Source: Mobula hypostoma (Eukaryota). Taken from it: a stretch of DNA of 64,000 nucleotides. The notes below the pieces were generated by a model. That model was given only the letters and a program-made list of their open reading frames with translations, did no database searches and was not told the origin of the DNA. Each line of letters opens with the position of its first letter. Position 1 is the first letter of the stretch. Shown here piece after piece: positions 24,111-38,289 of the stretch. The position numbers and the translations under genes are program-made. The DNA lies in NCBI RefSeq assembly GCF_963921235.1, contig NC_086097.1:106950001-107014000 (forward strand). Reading direction: 5' to 3'.

Positions 24111-24879
24111 CTGTATACAAAAAAAGCATGATATTGTGTATTGACAAAGCTGCTGCCAGAACAAGGATATCGTAGTGCTGACAAAAGATTGGGTAAATAT
24201 GATTTATTCTATAGAAAGAAGAAACTAAGGAGAACCTTAATCAAGGTGTATAAATGAAAAGAATAACTCATTTTTCTCTGCATAAGGTTCAAAAACCAAG
24301 CATATAGAATGAAAGCAATTGGCAGAATGACTTCAGGAGAGATAACTCTTTCTTCCGCCAGTCTCAAAATCACTTCAAAAGGTGGTGGAGACAGAACCTC
24401 TCATCACACTCAAATATTATTGAAGGGCTACAACCTGCAAGACTAAAGATCTAATACTGGAGGCTATGTAACACTTTTTTGATTGGAAAATACCTGATTG
24501 GCCAGCTGTTCTCCTGTGTTGCCAGTTATCCACTATTCTGCAAATACAATGAGCCAGTATTCAGAAGTATACACAACCAAATTCATAAGGCACAAAAATG
24601 CCAGCATGTCTATACCAAAAAGCTGCATTGAAAAGAGTTGAAAAGGTTGATCACTTTCCTTCATTCATTGCTATTAGTAAAGAAAACAAAACCACATCAT
24701 GAACTTAATTCATGTAACATGAATATATGCCGTAAACATAAGGTAGCTCATATGGAAAATGAGGAAATTAAAGCATAAATATTTATTGATTTCTCAATTT
24801 TGACAGCTGCATTTTGTGTTGAACGAGGTTGCATTCTTCTTGTGAAACACATGACCGCAGTTTCTGAAAATCTAAAATC

Positions 24880-25995
24880 CAGCATCCAGAAAATGCTGGA
24901 CACCCAGCAAGTCAAACAAAAGTGAGGGAAAAAAAATTAACAATTTATGTCAATGATCTCATGAGAATTGAAAAGTAGGAAAAACTAAGTGTTTTAAACT
25001 GCAGAGAAGAGGAAGAATGGAGAGAACTGTGATCAACCAGAGTCCAAGATTGTTCTGAGAGATGATGAATCCTTGTTTAGTGGTGGGCGTAACACTATTA
25101 CAGTGCCTGCAACATAGGTTCAATTCCAACACTGTTTGTAAAGTGTTTGCACTTTTGCCTGTGATTGCATGGACTTCCTCTGGGTGCTCTGATTTCTTCC
25201 CATATTCCAAACACATACAGATTGGTGGGTTAATAGGTCACATGAGTGTAATTGGGTGGCACAGGCTCACTGGGCTGAAAGAGCCTGTTACAGTGCTGTA
25301 CTTCTAAATAAATAGCTTAATTCACTAGAGATTGCAAGCAGAAGATGGATGGGAGCAGATGAGAGGTAAGAAAACAATGCTAGAACACCAAACCGAAATA
25401 AAAGGAGAACGCTGCAAATACACAGCAGGACAAATGGCATCTGTTGACAGAAAAAACTCAATGTTATAGGTAGGCATCCATACATCAAAACTAGCCCATT
25501 TTGATACAAACATGAAAAGATGTTAAAATCAAAATTGAAAATGCAAATCTTTCTTGATTTCACAATTTTGACAGCTGAGTTTTGTGTTAAATGAGTTTGC
25601 ATTTTCCTTGTAAAATACACAATTGTATTTCCTGAAATCGAAGCAGAAAGTGCTGGAGATACCCAGCAAATCAAGCAAAATCTGTGGAGACAGAAAAACA
25701 GATTTAACATTTTATGTCAATGACCTCTTGTGAGAATTAAGTAAGAAAAACAAAGTGTTGAATCTCTCCCTTTGAGCTTATCAATGGTACTTTAGCCATC
25801 TGTACAATCTTGACCTCCACTTTATTACAGACATTTATTTTGTTCTCTGCACCCCTCCCTGCAACTTAATTTGCTTGCTTTCTCACGTTTCTGGATATGT
25901 TGAAACTGAGACTTCAACTCTCCCTGCGCAAGTACAGTACAGTGTTGTCTAACCTGCTGAGTGTAGCCAGCTTTTTCCGATTTTATTGCATCTTC
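24880..25995. mobile_element. Old PLE-terminus-derived elements (partly duplicated) with V-SINE inserted at ~25075-25310(+)
   Basis: aaatgctgga..cagcaagtca ends at ~24890 and ~25650 and the inverse cctgctgagtgtagccagc at ~25955; SINE A/B boxes and V domain at 25075-25310. Confidence 0.55.
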
Positions 25996-27954
25996 TGTTT
26001 CAACTTCACAATTAATCCAAATGAAAGAATAATGCATCCTACCTGGTTAAGAAAGGTACACACATACAATGCAAACATTTACAATAAAATCACCAATAGT
26101 TAAAACAACCTACACCCTGTAATAGGAATAAAATTATTGTATTACTTGCCCATTCATGTAAATGCACAAACTACTTCTAATTACTTGGGATAAATAACCC
26201 ATTAGGTGATTTGTGTGAAATGTAGTGAGCAAGTTGCATTGCAGTTCAATACTTCTACTCCAATCAGTCTTAAAATCAATGCCAGGTTAGCAGGGTGAAG
26301 TTCTATAATTTTACTCAATAACAAGAACAGAAAAAGAATTACCTAGACTTATGTGCTTATGTGCTTTATTATCTTGGACAGGACACAGTTAAATTTGGGT
26401 TTGGGTGTAATCCTAGTCTCCTCCAAACTAAATATGCATATGCAACTAATTAGCCTGTTAATGCTTACTATACATGCCCACACACAAGTATCATATTGTA
26501 GGATTCATATTGTAATATTAAATGGTATCTTCTTCTTGAAGGGAGAAATTAAATGTTTTTTTTACATATGCAATATGTTTATATTTTTGTACCTTTGTTT
26601 CAATCTTATCATCTGAAGTACAATTTTGTCAACCCACTTTGAAATATTTATGTGGAAGTCTGAATTGTATAAGCAAAGGATTCGGGTACAATTCTGTACT
26701 ACAACTGGCATCAAACCTCTGCATAGCCTAATGACTGTATCTTTTGTGAAGTAAACAAAGGGAATAGGATATCTAAAAATATAATTTTTTGTAAGACTAC
26801 GGGAAAATTGATTTTTCTGCCAGAATTAATCCTCAACAACCTAAATTCAAAATATCTGTATAGACTATATTCTCAATCTGACCAATTAATATTTCACTGA
26901 AACCAATCATTTAGGTTCCATTAGTATTTAACACAAACACTAGCACATATTTGATGCATGACAAAAAAGTAAATAAAAAAGATCAATTGAATGAATAAGC
27001 AGCTAAAAAGTAGTTAGATAATTTATTCTGCACAAAAGCTAAACATTTCCACTATATGTACAGCTTTAGCTCTTCATGTATCAGCAGTAGTTGATCACAA
27101 TTGATGTACATAGAAACAGAAGGAAGCCACTAAGCCCCTAGCAGCAGTTTCTTTATTCAATCAGATCATGGTTCACCTGTATCTCAGCTTTGAATTAAAA
27201 GAAGATTTAGAATATCACATCCAATAATATCTTAAATGGAAAATTAACACAATCCTTAAGATGAATAGAGAAATTGGAAAAGGCTATTCAGCCCCTTAAG
27301 ATTGATCCATTATTCAATTAGATCTTGACTGATTTGTATCTTAACTCCACTAACCCTTAATACCCTTGCTTAATAAACAATCAATCAACCACTATTTTGA
27401 AAATGCCTATTACCTAAGCCTCAATGGGGTGTTCAGGGAGGAAGCTGGACATTTCTACTACATTCTTGTGCTAATGATATTACTCTGTTATGATAGAAAA
27501 CAATTTCTGCAATACTTAGCGGGGTCAGGGGTGGGGGGGGGATGAGGGTAGTATGCACTGGTTAAGTAGCATTGACGCTGACTTGATTCCAATATAAATG
27601 GACATGTTGCAGCACAAAGCTCATTGATTGTCATGCCTATTTAAAGTATGTAGAGCACATAAATTATTATATGCAATGTCAAGTCAATGCCAAATTCAAC
27701 CATAACTATACAGCTTACGCCAAATGTTAACCTGGAATAATGAAAACACATTTAATAGTAGGACCATTAACCATCCAATTCTTTTTAAAACACTAAAAGG
27801 CGCAAACAAGTTGTTAATTGATTTCAGAAATTTGTAAAATCGACAAGAAATGGCATGCCAGAAACTAAACAAGTTGTCATGGCTTTAAAACTTCTGCCAT
27901 AACAGATGCTCACAGTTATCAGTGCAGTGGTCGCCATTCATCTTGCAGAACATA

Positions 27955-28700
27955 ATAAACAAGAGCATATAAGAAATAGGAGGGCATCTGGCACCTGGAG
28001 CCTTTTCTGCTGTTCAATAAAGTCATGGCTGATCTGATTTTAATCTCAACCCTTATGTTCCCACCCGTCCCCCATAACCTCTGACTCCTCCATAATCCAA
28101 AGTCTATTTCAATCTTCAGCATATTCAATAACTATGTGCTGAATGACTCTAAGAATCAACATGCACAGTTCTCTGGTGCAGAGAATTACAAAGGTTCACA
28201 ATCTGACAGAAAAAAAATCTTCATCTCTTTACTAAATGAACCTTATAGTGAAAGTTTATCCTATCTTGTGTTCAAGATTCCCCACTAAGGGAAACATTTT
28301 TACACCTTTCTAGCTTCTCTGAGAATCTTATACTTTATGTTTTGATATGATCACTTTTCATTCTTTTAAACTCCAATGACTGCAAGCCTTCAATGCTCAA
28401 TCATACTTCACAGGACAACCGTTCATCCCAGGAACAAACCAAGCGAACCTTCTCTGAACTGCCTTCAATCCAAGCATGTCAGGCACCCAAGATGCATAGA
28501 GGTGTAGTCTCCCCAGTACCATGTTGCAAGGGTTCTCTACTTCTCTATTCTATCCATACCCTAGCTCTTATAGTCATACTCTTATTCTAATCCTATTCTT
28601 CATACCAAAAGGAATAAATGCACATTTCCCCACATAAATATTCCAACTGCTTAACATCTGTCTTTATGTTTAACCTTAGCAGACTCTGTTTCCCTTGTAT
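27955..28700 (-). mobile_element. Old degraded CR1 3' part
   Basis: cataagaaatagga tail, catggctgatct, tgcagagaattacaaaggttcaca motifs. Confidence 0.65.
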
Positions 28701-29959
28701 TTTCGAGTCATGGTCATAGGATTGTACAGAATAGAAACAGCCCTTCAGCCCTGTGCCAATGCCAACTATCAACTGATTGATATGAATCCCACCTGCCTGT
28801 AGTAATTCCATACCCCCTCTATCCCCTACACATTCAAATATCAATCAAGATGCTTATTAAATGTTATTACTGTTCCTGTCATACCAGCTAAATCCAGGTA
28901 CCAGCTACTCTGTGAAAACCAGCTCTAGTTTTTCATCAAATTTGGCTGCAATACACTCAGTTATTTCATATCAATCACTAATATAGTTCGTAAACAATTG
29001 AGATTCTAGCTCTGATCACTGTGGCTCCCAATTAGTGGCAGAAAGAATGTCAAGGAAACTCAGAACAGAGTAAATTGTCGTGAAGAAGAGGTGGAAGTGG
29101 GCCCATAGGAGGGGCATATACACAGTTACAACCCCAAAAAAGATCATATGAAGACTGCTTTGGTTGTGGCTATTAAAGGAAAGAATATCCAAATTCATTC
29201 ATCAGGCTCCTTCCAGGCAGAAAGAGAAAGTAGCTCATATAATTGACTGAGGCTTTTTTTTTTAACCAACAGAGGTGAATACAATTTCTCCTACCTTGCA
29301 GGTGGCTGCAGACTAACCAACCATCTTGGATAAGATTCTGACATTATTAGGGTGCTAGTGACTGCACTTACACGAGGACACCACATATCAACTGAGAGAT
29401 GAAATACAACCAGAAAGGATTTTACTCCCCAAACACCAGAACCAAACATCATTGCACTGATGATTTACTTCGCACCAACCGTTCTTCCAGTGACATCTTA
29501 GTTTCAACCAAAAGGATGGCCACTTGATGATATGGGCTTTTCTTTAAACAAAAGAAAATTGGGAAGTACAATGCACAAAACATATGTGCCAATGTATTTT
29601 AAAATTTCTTCAGAGAAGTGGATGTTACTGGGGGTCATTCTCCATCTCTAATTATTTCTGAAGTGAAGGGCCATTGAAGCATCAACCATAACATGGATTT
29701 GGAGGCACAAGTAGGTCAAAGACAGGAGAGAAGGTTTCTTTCCAAAAGAAATAGGAAACAGTAGCATGATTAAGCCATTCACCACCTGAAGCCAATTTCT
29801 CTTTCAGCAAGATATTGGCTGATCATCTATCTCGACACCTTTACTTCCTCTAATATTCAGCAATCTATTTATCTAATTTTTTTAAATCTAGTGATCAGTA
29901 CTGACACCTTCACAGCCAAACATTCATTACACTTTGACAGAAGAGATTTTATGGCGGGA

Positions 29960-30380
29960 ATCATAAACGTTTCACTGCAGCAGTGCCCAGTTCCTAGTGT
30001 GAGGTACAATATGCTGTTTGTACAATTTTAACACCGGCCCATATAGATGGAATCAGAAGTGGGAGCTGATTTCACTCACTCTCCTGCAATGTTCGCTCCT
30101 CTCTCCATGGCACTGAGGCTATGAAGACTGCCCCGGCTGCTGTGTTCCGTGCCTGCTAATCTAAGATCTCATTTTGATTTGGAATGTTCTTGCTCGCTTC
30201 TATAGCTTGCATGATTTTTTTGTGTTTATTTCCGCCCTTTCTCTAAGCATCAGGTATTGGTCTTTATTTTTTTTTAATTAGATTCTTTTGGTTTTCTTGC
30301 TTTGTGGCTGCCTATAAACAAACAAATCTCAAGGTTGTATAATATACATTTTTTGATAATGTACTTTTGAAACTTGAAAC
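29960..30380 (+). mobile_element. Element with Rex1-type 3' tail
   Basis: 3' end aatctcaaggttgtat..tttgataat..tttgaaacttgaa resembles the tail at 23530-23613. Confidence 0.55.
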
Positions 30381-30384
30381 TGCC

Positions 30385-30920
30385 ATCCTGTAGATCCTAC
30401 CTATCACCTCCACATTTTCCCCCTATGAGCCATGCTGCAGCTCTACTTCCTTAACATGCTCAGTGCACCTGGTGCAGATGTGGTTATCCGGGAGGCTGGA
30501 GGTCTCCCAGAATTCCCACATCTCACACGAAGAACAAAACACGATCCTGGAGCCATTCTCACTGCACTAAATGACTAAGAATGCAAAAGAAGAAACTTAC
30601 ATCGCCCAAGCCTGTTGAGCTTCATCACTCATCACTCTAACACTGGTCTACTCACACAATGGCTGCTCCACTTGTCCCTACAGTATTTTTATTTGTCCTT
30701 ACTAATGAGTTGCAATTCAATTGGGATGCCAGGAAAAAAAAGCTAAAAGCCCACAAACACTCCTTTTTAAATCTCTCACCCTTACCTCTGCATAGCCTCC
30801 TCTCTTGATTCAACTAAACCACTGGAAAAAGTTGAAAGCCCACAAATGCACCTTTTGAAATCTCTTGCCCCAACCTACGTGTAGCCACCTCTCTCAATTC
30901 CATTCGGCCACCAAAAAAAA
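30385..30920 (-). mobile_element. CR1 5' fragment: ORF1 zinc finger and 5'UTR with tandem ~89-bp monomers
   Basis: Minus strand CSSCEMWEFWETSSLPDNHICTRCTE, homologous to 22273..22605; repeat aaagcccacaaa..ccttt at 30746 and 30835. Confidence 0.8.
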
Positions 30921-31289
30921 ATATTATACAGATTATACTCTCTTTTGAATCTTCTGAAATGCAATCACTCAACAATCACCAGACATAAATTTAATGTTCC
31001 CGACTGAAGATTCTTCAGAACAGGTCTTATCGTATCCCTGAACTTCTTTGTCAGTGGACATCAAGGTCGGTCATTTACAGCTACACATCCTGAGGATCAT
31101 TCCAGACTGTCACAATTGAGTAATAACTCATCTCACCAGTTACAAACTCAGTACAACTTTTGAGAGGTCACTGATGACCAACAGTATATTCCTGTAGAAG
31201 AAACTTACTATTTTTCAGCACTGAGGAGGATATGGCTTGACAAGCATGTGGATTTGCAAAAATAGTTAACTTTCTCAAATGTTTAAGAC

Positions 31290-32141
31290 TTCGAGGTGTT
31301 GTGGATAGTGTGAAGGGCTGTCAGAGGTTACAGCGGGACATTGATAGGATGCAAAAATGGGCTGAGAAGTGGCAGATCGAGCTCAACCCAGATAAGTGTG
31401 AGGTGGTTCATTTTGGTAGGTCAAATATGATGACAGAATATAGTATTAATGGTAAGACTCTTGGCAGTGTGGAAGATCAGAGGGATCTTGGGGTCCGAGT
31501 CCATAGGACATTCAAGGCTGCTGTGCAGGTTGACTCTGTGGTTAAGACAGCATACAGTGCATTGGCCTTCATCAATCATGGGATTGACTTTAGGAGCCGA
31601 GAGGTAATGTTGCAGCTATACAGGACCTTGGTCAGACCCCACTTGGAGTACTGTGCTCAGTTCTGGCTGCCTCACTTTAGGAAGATGTGGAAACCATAGA
31701 AATGGTGCAGAGGAGATTTACAAGGATATTGCCTGGATTGGGGAGCATACTTCATGAGAATGGTTGAGTGAACTCGGCCTCTTTTCTTTGGAGCGACGGA
31801 GGATGAGAGGTGACCTGATAGAGGTATACAAGATGGTAAGAGGCATTGATTGTGTGGATAGTATGAGGCTTTTTCCCAAGGCAGAAATGGCTAGCACAAG
31901 AGGGCATAGTTTTAAGGTGCTTGGAAGTAGGTATGGAGGAGATATCAGGGATAAGTTTTTTATGCAGAGAGTGGTGAGTGCGTGAAATGGGCTGCCGGTG
32001 ACGGTGGTAGAGGCGGATATGATAGGGTCTTTTAAGAAACTCCTAGACAGGTAACCATAGGTAATTTCTCAGGTAAGGACATGTTCGGCACAGCTTTGTG
32101 AGCCGAAGGACCTGTATTGTGCTGTAGGTTTTCTATGTTTC
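31290..32141 (+). mobile_element. CR1 LINE, 5'-truncated
   Basis: ORFs 31301..31699 and 31764..31985 are CR1 ORF2 C-terminus; ttctatgttt tail. Confidence 0.93.
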
Positions 32142-33045
32142 CCTGCAGAAACCTAAGAATATTTGTGAATTAGAATGATTCTGACATGCTCAATTTTTTT
32201 GTTGACTGAGAGGATTTTTCTCATGGTGAAAACCATGAGTCCTAGAAGCTCAACTTACTTCTTCATTTCAAGGAAGTCTTCTTGCCAAACATCCTAAGGT
32301 CCAAATTTTGGGGGCAAGCAAACTCAGCAACATCCTTTGCTTCTGACACTTCTTTGTACTCTAACAACATGTATAGTGAAAGTCACAGCACAGCCAGTAC
32401 CCTGGTAGAGAATGCCTGGGGTATTCCCAAGCTAAGATTCCTTTGGCCACAATAGTCTAAGAACATACTGCTCTTGATCCAAACAGATAACAATTGGTGC
32501 ATGATGCCAGGCAAAACAGCCCAAAAAGGAAACACTACCCAAGAGGAGCAGGAAGAAGACATCGATAAGCGGAGGAGCATAAGAACCATCAGGATCTCGA
32601 TCTCCGCACGACATTAGTGAACACGCAGCTCACCACAGGAGAGAAGCTGTTATCTGGCCTCCCTGTCTGGGACAATGTACTAGGTAGGAGATTTATCCAA
32701 ACACAGCAACAACAGCAATCCAATGCTTATTTGAACGAAAGACTGAAGCCTTACTGCACATTCCATTCTATATTTCTCAATGTCTATATAACAGATACCA
32801 AGAAGAAAGCAACTAATGCATTGGTTGATTCTGATAATTTTCTCTGCATACAAAAATGGAGATGATATGGTTCAATCTTGCTGGACACACAAAATTACCA
32901 AAATAACAACTCATTGCGCTTTTACTTGCCTCTTAAGCAAGGCTAATTCACTGTATACCCAGGATTATATTATCTAGAAACCTCACCTTTTAAATCCAAT
33001 GAATGAAAGGTAGAATCCAATGAAAGAAAATTAATTGTAGAACTA

Positions 33046-33557
33046 CAGTACATATATATAGCTATGGTGCCTAACATTTTTGCACAGTACTGTATTTGTC
33101 ACAGTGGAGTGGAGAGTGTTTTTTTTAATTTCGGAGGAGCAAGGACGTTGGGGAAAGTGAGGGTGGAGTGCCACAGTAGGGGTGTGACACAGGTAGCAGA
33201 TCAAGACTGTTGAAGTGGGGGTTGTGGTGCGGGTGCAGAGACATCCAGCCCTGAGAGATCAGGCAAGGTCATTTGATGCCAAACAATTGGTTTATTGATC
33301 ATTACAGAATGTCTCTCTGGTGCTTTCCACTCTCTCCCCTCTTCCTTCCCCTTTCCCCAACCATGATTCCCCTTTTCCTGCCCCCTTCCCACTCTGTCCA
33401 CAGCCAGAATCAGGTTTATCATAACTTACATATGTCATGAAATTTTATTTGCAACAGCAGCAGCAGTACAGCGCAATACATAAAATTACTACAATACTGC
33501 ACTAAAGTCTCAGGCATCCTAGTTATATATACCTACCTAAGATTTTGCACAGTACTA
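33046..33557. mobile_element. Composite Tc1-type non-autonomous element bounded by mini-hairpin MITEs
   Basis: TA-flanked cagtac..tttgcacagtactg units at 33046-33092 and 33492-33557, inverted relative to each other. Confidence 0.65.
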
Positions 33558-33931
33558 TACCTTACTTTTGATTAATGGATACTTTAATCTAGACCATAAG
33601 ACAAAGGAGCAGAAGTTGGCCATTCGGCCCATCGAGTCTGTTCTGCAATGTATGGAGATATCTATGGAGATACTTAACTTCAAAGGTTAAGAAACTATTA
33701 CAACATGTTCCTGACCAGCCTACATTCTTAAAAGCTTGCATCATAGACATTTTTTCAAAGTCATAAAATCCTCATAAATTAATTGGTTTTATTGATTCCA
33801 ACTAACAACACAAGTTCAGCTACAGTGTTCACAATCACTGGCCTAAGCAAGATACATTAATTGTATTTGACAATGTGGGTGAGGTTTTTGAACTTCTGCA
33901 TCCTTTGGACTTGGTTCTAAGTACACACTAC

Positions 33932-33986
33932 CTGAATAACCTCTTCTCTATCTGTCTCAAGCGTCTCTCCACCTCCACCGGTGCTC
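33932..33986 (-). CDS. Internal exon (55 nt) of unidentified host gene
   Basis: Acceptor gtgtttttcacag|GAG, donor CAG|gtagtg. Open in two frames: STGGGGETLETDREEVIQ or APVEVERRLRQIEKRLF. Purine-rich island in unique AT-rich DNA. Confidence 0.6.
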
Positions 33987-36900
33987 CTGTGAAAAACACT
34001 GCAAAATTTCTCTTGCATGCTGTCCTTATGCTTGCTTGAACAAGACATATTCAGTGCTGCATTCATCCTGCCAGCTCTTAATCCTCAATGTACCTTCTTT
34101 TATTCAGTGTTACAGATTGGGTGAACTAATGCAGACTGACTTCGACTCAAAATGAGGATTACTAAGTACACCAATTTTGTTAATAAATCAAGTCACCAAA
34201 AAATTAGGGTGCATTTGCACAGGGTTGAATACCACAGGTTATTAAAGCATCAAGGGGTCACCACAGGACTTCTTCCACCATCACATTCATCAAATGACAC
34301 GCACTGCTCAGACCAGGCATTTGTAGAAAACTCTATTTGATTTGGCATCACAAAATTCTATTAGCAATATTGTGATAATTAGCAATGCCATTACAAGTGT
34401 ACTCAAGAGTAGGAACTGACACCATCACATTATAGCTTAAGAACATTAGAAATAGAATCATCAATATTCCACAAGAATGTCTTAATCAAGCAAATCCAGA
34501 CTGGTAGTTAGAAGTAGAGGAATCCAACTTGTTACGTTATATCAGTAGTGGTTGAAGAGCTGTGGAGTAATGCAAAATGGAGTAAAGGATTAAAGACCAG
34601 TACAGTATAGGAAAGATGCTCAGAGACTGACTCTACCAGCTCTAAACAGCATTGACAGGACAAACAAATTTCACTTGCAAAACTAAACTAGCACTTACTT
34701 GAACTAGAACACACAGTCCAGATCTGGCTTAATCCTAGTGGCCAGTCCTAGCATACATCATACATCTTTAAACATGCCAAAGCTCAGTCTCAGCGCATAG
34801 CCTGCCAGATACTATCTGGCAAGTACAGACTGCTGTCATTACAGCTCTGGGATCACCTGTTGGCCCAGGTGTCAAGGCAATTACAGTTATTTTCTCTCTA
34901 CCACTTTACAAGACCACCTAATTTCCTGCCCAGGCTGGTTTTGTTAAGTTCGGTCATCTTTCAGGATAACCATGTAATGTTTTCACCACTGGAGTACTAA
35001 TAGTTGACTCACATTTGTCACTTAACCAAATCATGCCAAAACGGTGTGATCAGTAGCTAGACTGTCTAGAGTTGCTCACACACACTTTAATCTTCACAGC
35101 CATCCTCCTGGTCCTGCAAAAAAGCAGTATTCTACCAAGGTATGTGTAGCCATAGGAAAAGTATTGCATTGAAGTTATACACCCAGCCAACAAATGTGGA
35201 AAGCAGTTACCAAAGAAAAAACACAAAAGTGAATAGACAACTTCATCACTGTAGAATGCAGAAAATTCTGTTACTTTAAAGTGTTATTAATTTTAATTAA
35301 TTTACTTATTAAATAATTGCCAAATGGCAGCTGCATTGCCTGAAAAGCATTTTGTGATATCTCTTCCAGCTGATCAACAATCTACACAATACACCACTTT
35401 TCACTCACTAAGCTTGTAGGACAGCATCTCAAAAACCTCCAATTTCTACCACTAATAAGAACAAATGGTCGAGGAAGTCACTCTGAATCCCACATTATAC
35501 TGACATGGAAAAACATTACTATTTCGTCAGTAAGCCTGAGTTTAAATCCAAGAAGTTCCTATCAAACAGCAATGTGGGAGCACCAATATTTGATGTTAGC
35601 TAACAATTTCAAGCATGTTGCCCAAAATCTTTTCTTTCCAAACAAAAAATAAATCATAAGATACAAAAAAATGTTTAATTTGCTGTTATTAAAGGTAAAT
35701 GGCATATCATTGGAAAGTGGTTCTCTTTTCCGGGATAATTCACACATGCCATCAACATTTAAAAAATTACTTACAAAAGCGAATTATCACGAGAGCCCAA
35801 GTTTACCAACGACAAAGAATGAAATATTTTATGTAACTTAAATACACAATGAATAAACAATAAAATATGTTGTATAATTTAAATATACAATGAGGCTTAC
35901 ATGAACAAAGAATAATAACATCTTATTAAAAAATTGACCACTATTCAATTATAGGGATCAATTATTTTATTAAACATTTTAGTAACTATTGCACAGGGCA
36001 CTGAATAACCTATTGTTTCTCTTAGTTGCCTGGAAGTCTGATTCTGTTCTACAGTTCTTGAGCGTTCAAGCCTCATATGCAGAACAGGCGAAATGGCAGA
36101 TAACATCTGGCACTACAAATAACAAAAAAACAGCAAAGTCTGATGGAGCTCACAACTGACTGATCCTTTATGGATCAGCTAAATCTTTTCTACTTTTTAA
36201 TTAAAAGTAAAGAAAATGGAAGTTAATTATCCCATGAAGATTAGCTAGTGGGCATGTTTCTGTAAATTACTTCTAATTAAAAGCAAATTGTGAAATGACA
36301 TTCAAACCACCGAACGCTGTCCTTTTGAACACTACACATCTAGTGCTGATTTTCATCACTGTAAAATTTGAATGTGCCTTATTTAAAACATGGCACAACT
36401 ATAGTAATATTTCTGATTCCTGCATTTTTCTCTGTTATAGAAGATACTGTAAAGACTCAATGTAAAATATAACAGCAACTTTCCATTTAATGCTGAACTG
36501 AACTTTAATATACAGCCTGTCGTTTCATCTGATCCTCCTGGATCTTTTATTCTCATTCTCTTCTGATGCTCAATATTGATAATGCTGTGAAACAGATTAT
36601 TTCTTCCATTTTTACGTCTGATATGGTACAAGGAGGATATCAAGCTGGTGACACAGTTATCAGTGTCCTTTAATAGGCTCCAAAGACAAACTCAAAAATA
36701 CTGCTCTTGCCCCACTGCCTGAACATGTCACCCACATGTTTGAGTCTCTCACAGCTGCATGGCTAGTAGTTCAGTAATGAGGTCTTCAAACATCAAAACA
36801 AACCAAAATAATTTTATGCTATTACCAACACAAGGTAAAAAATACAGGCACAACAGAAATGTAATGCATGGATTAAAGAATGAACTTAAATGAACTTAAA

Positions 36901-38289
36901 GATATAATAGAGATATAACTTCCTGTGTTATATCCCTATTTATACATGCACATGTAAAAAGATTATATATATAAAAAATAAAAGCATTATCTATACAAAA
37001 AGCCTCTGAAATGGATTCTCCCATCATACAAAAAAATCTGTGAATCCAGCTCAGATTTCCTGTGTTCTCTGTTATTAGAATAAACCCCTTCCCATTTAAA
37101 AGTAATATTATCCCATGCTATTTCTATTCACTACATGGACTAATTTCCTGTTAGTACCAGTGGTGCACAGACAGATTCCCTAAGATACATATCACTGTAG
37201 ATTTAAACCAGCACTGTACCCCTCATGTCATTCAGTCAAAAATATCTCAGGATAAACTGTGTCCAAACACTTAACTCTTTCAAATACACTTACAAGTGGA
37301 GTGATAAACTATTTCGTATTCTGAAATATTTACTGTTGTTGCTTTATTTGTAGTAATTTCTGCACCAATAGTACTGTTAACAATGAATATTTGTGAATGA
37401 GCAAAGGAATTGTTCACAGTATGTTGGACACCCTTTACCACTCCAGCAATATTATAAAAATAAAGTTAGTTCATTATATCGTTTGGAGAGGTTGATGCTT
37501 TTCTCATGTTAGCAACAGTGACCACACTCTATAAGGGCCTCAGTGGCAACTAAATACTTTGGATCATCCTGAAAGAGACATAGAAGTCATCATGGAAGCT
37601 TTTCTTTATTTATTCTTTCTTTAATATGTCTCTGCACAAGAATTTAATTCTGTGACCTCACAATGTAGTTGGAGCTGGAGTTTGGAACAATTGAGGAACT
37701 ACAGCACCAACTCTAAAATATAAAAAATATGAAAATTCATTTTAATCTCTTGGCCCATACAGTGACACTTAATTTGTATTCTGTTGGAAACCAACAGTAG
37801 ATAAAATCAATGAGAAAGAAAAGGCTATTTTCTCCTTGCTAAAGCCCCTGTGCAATTATTGAAGATTATGAAATGGAATTCTGCTATATGATTACACAAG
37901 AGAATCATTAGTATCTGAAGTTCCCAAACCTCCTTTGCTGCATTCCAGAGAGATATTTTTGGGCTTGCTTGCACTCCTCCTCCATACTAACTCAAAATTA
38001 TAATTAAAACGTTGAAAACAAACTTTTTTGGTTATTCATCTGACAATTACTGTATAATTAGCAACAAAAAGTATTTAGCTAAATACATGATTTAGCGTTT
38101 TAAGTAACAATTACAAAATGATGAAGGAACTCAGCAGGTCAGGCAGCATCTGTGGAAAGGAATAATAAGTTGGCATTTTGGACCAAGACCCTTCAGGACT
38201 TTAATATTTTTATATTCATTAAGTAGGGAAATTGCTCAGATATGCCCTATTCATAAAAAGAACAAAATCAATTCAGTTAATTAGCATGC

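Noticed and set aside
36383-36643. 86-aa ORF as a host exon
   Set aside because: No convincing splice-site pair or recognisable motif.
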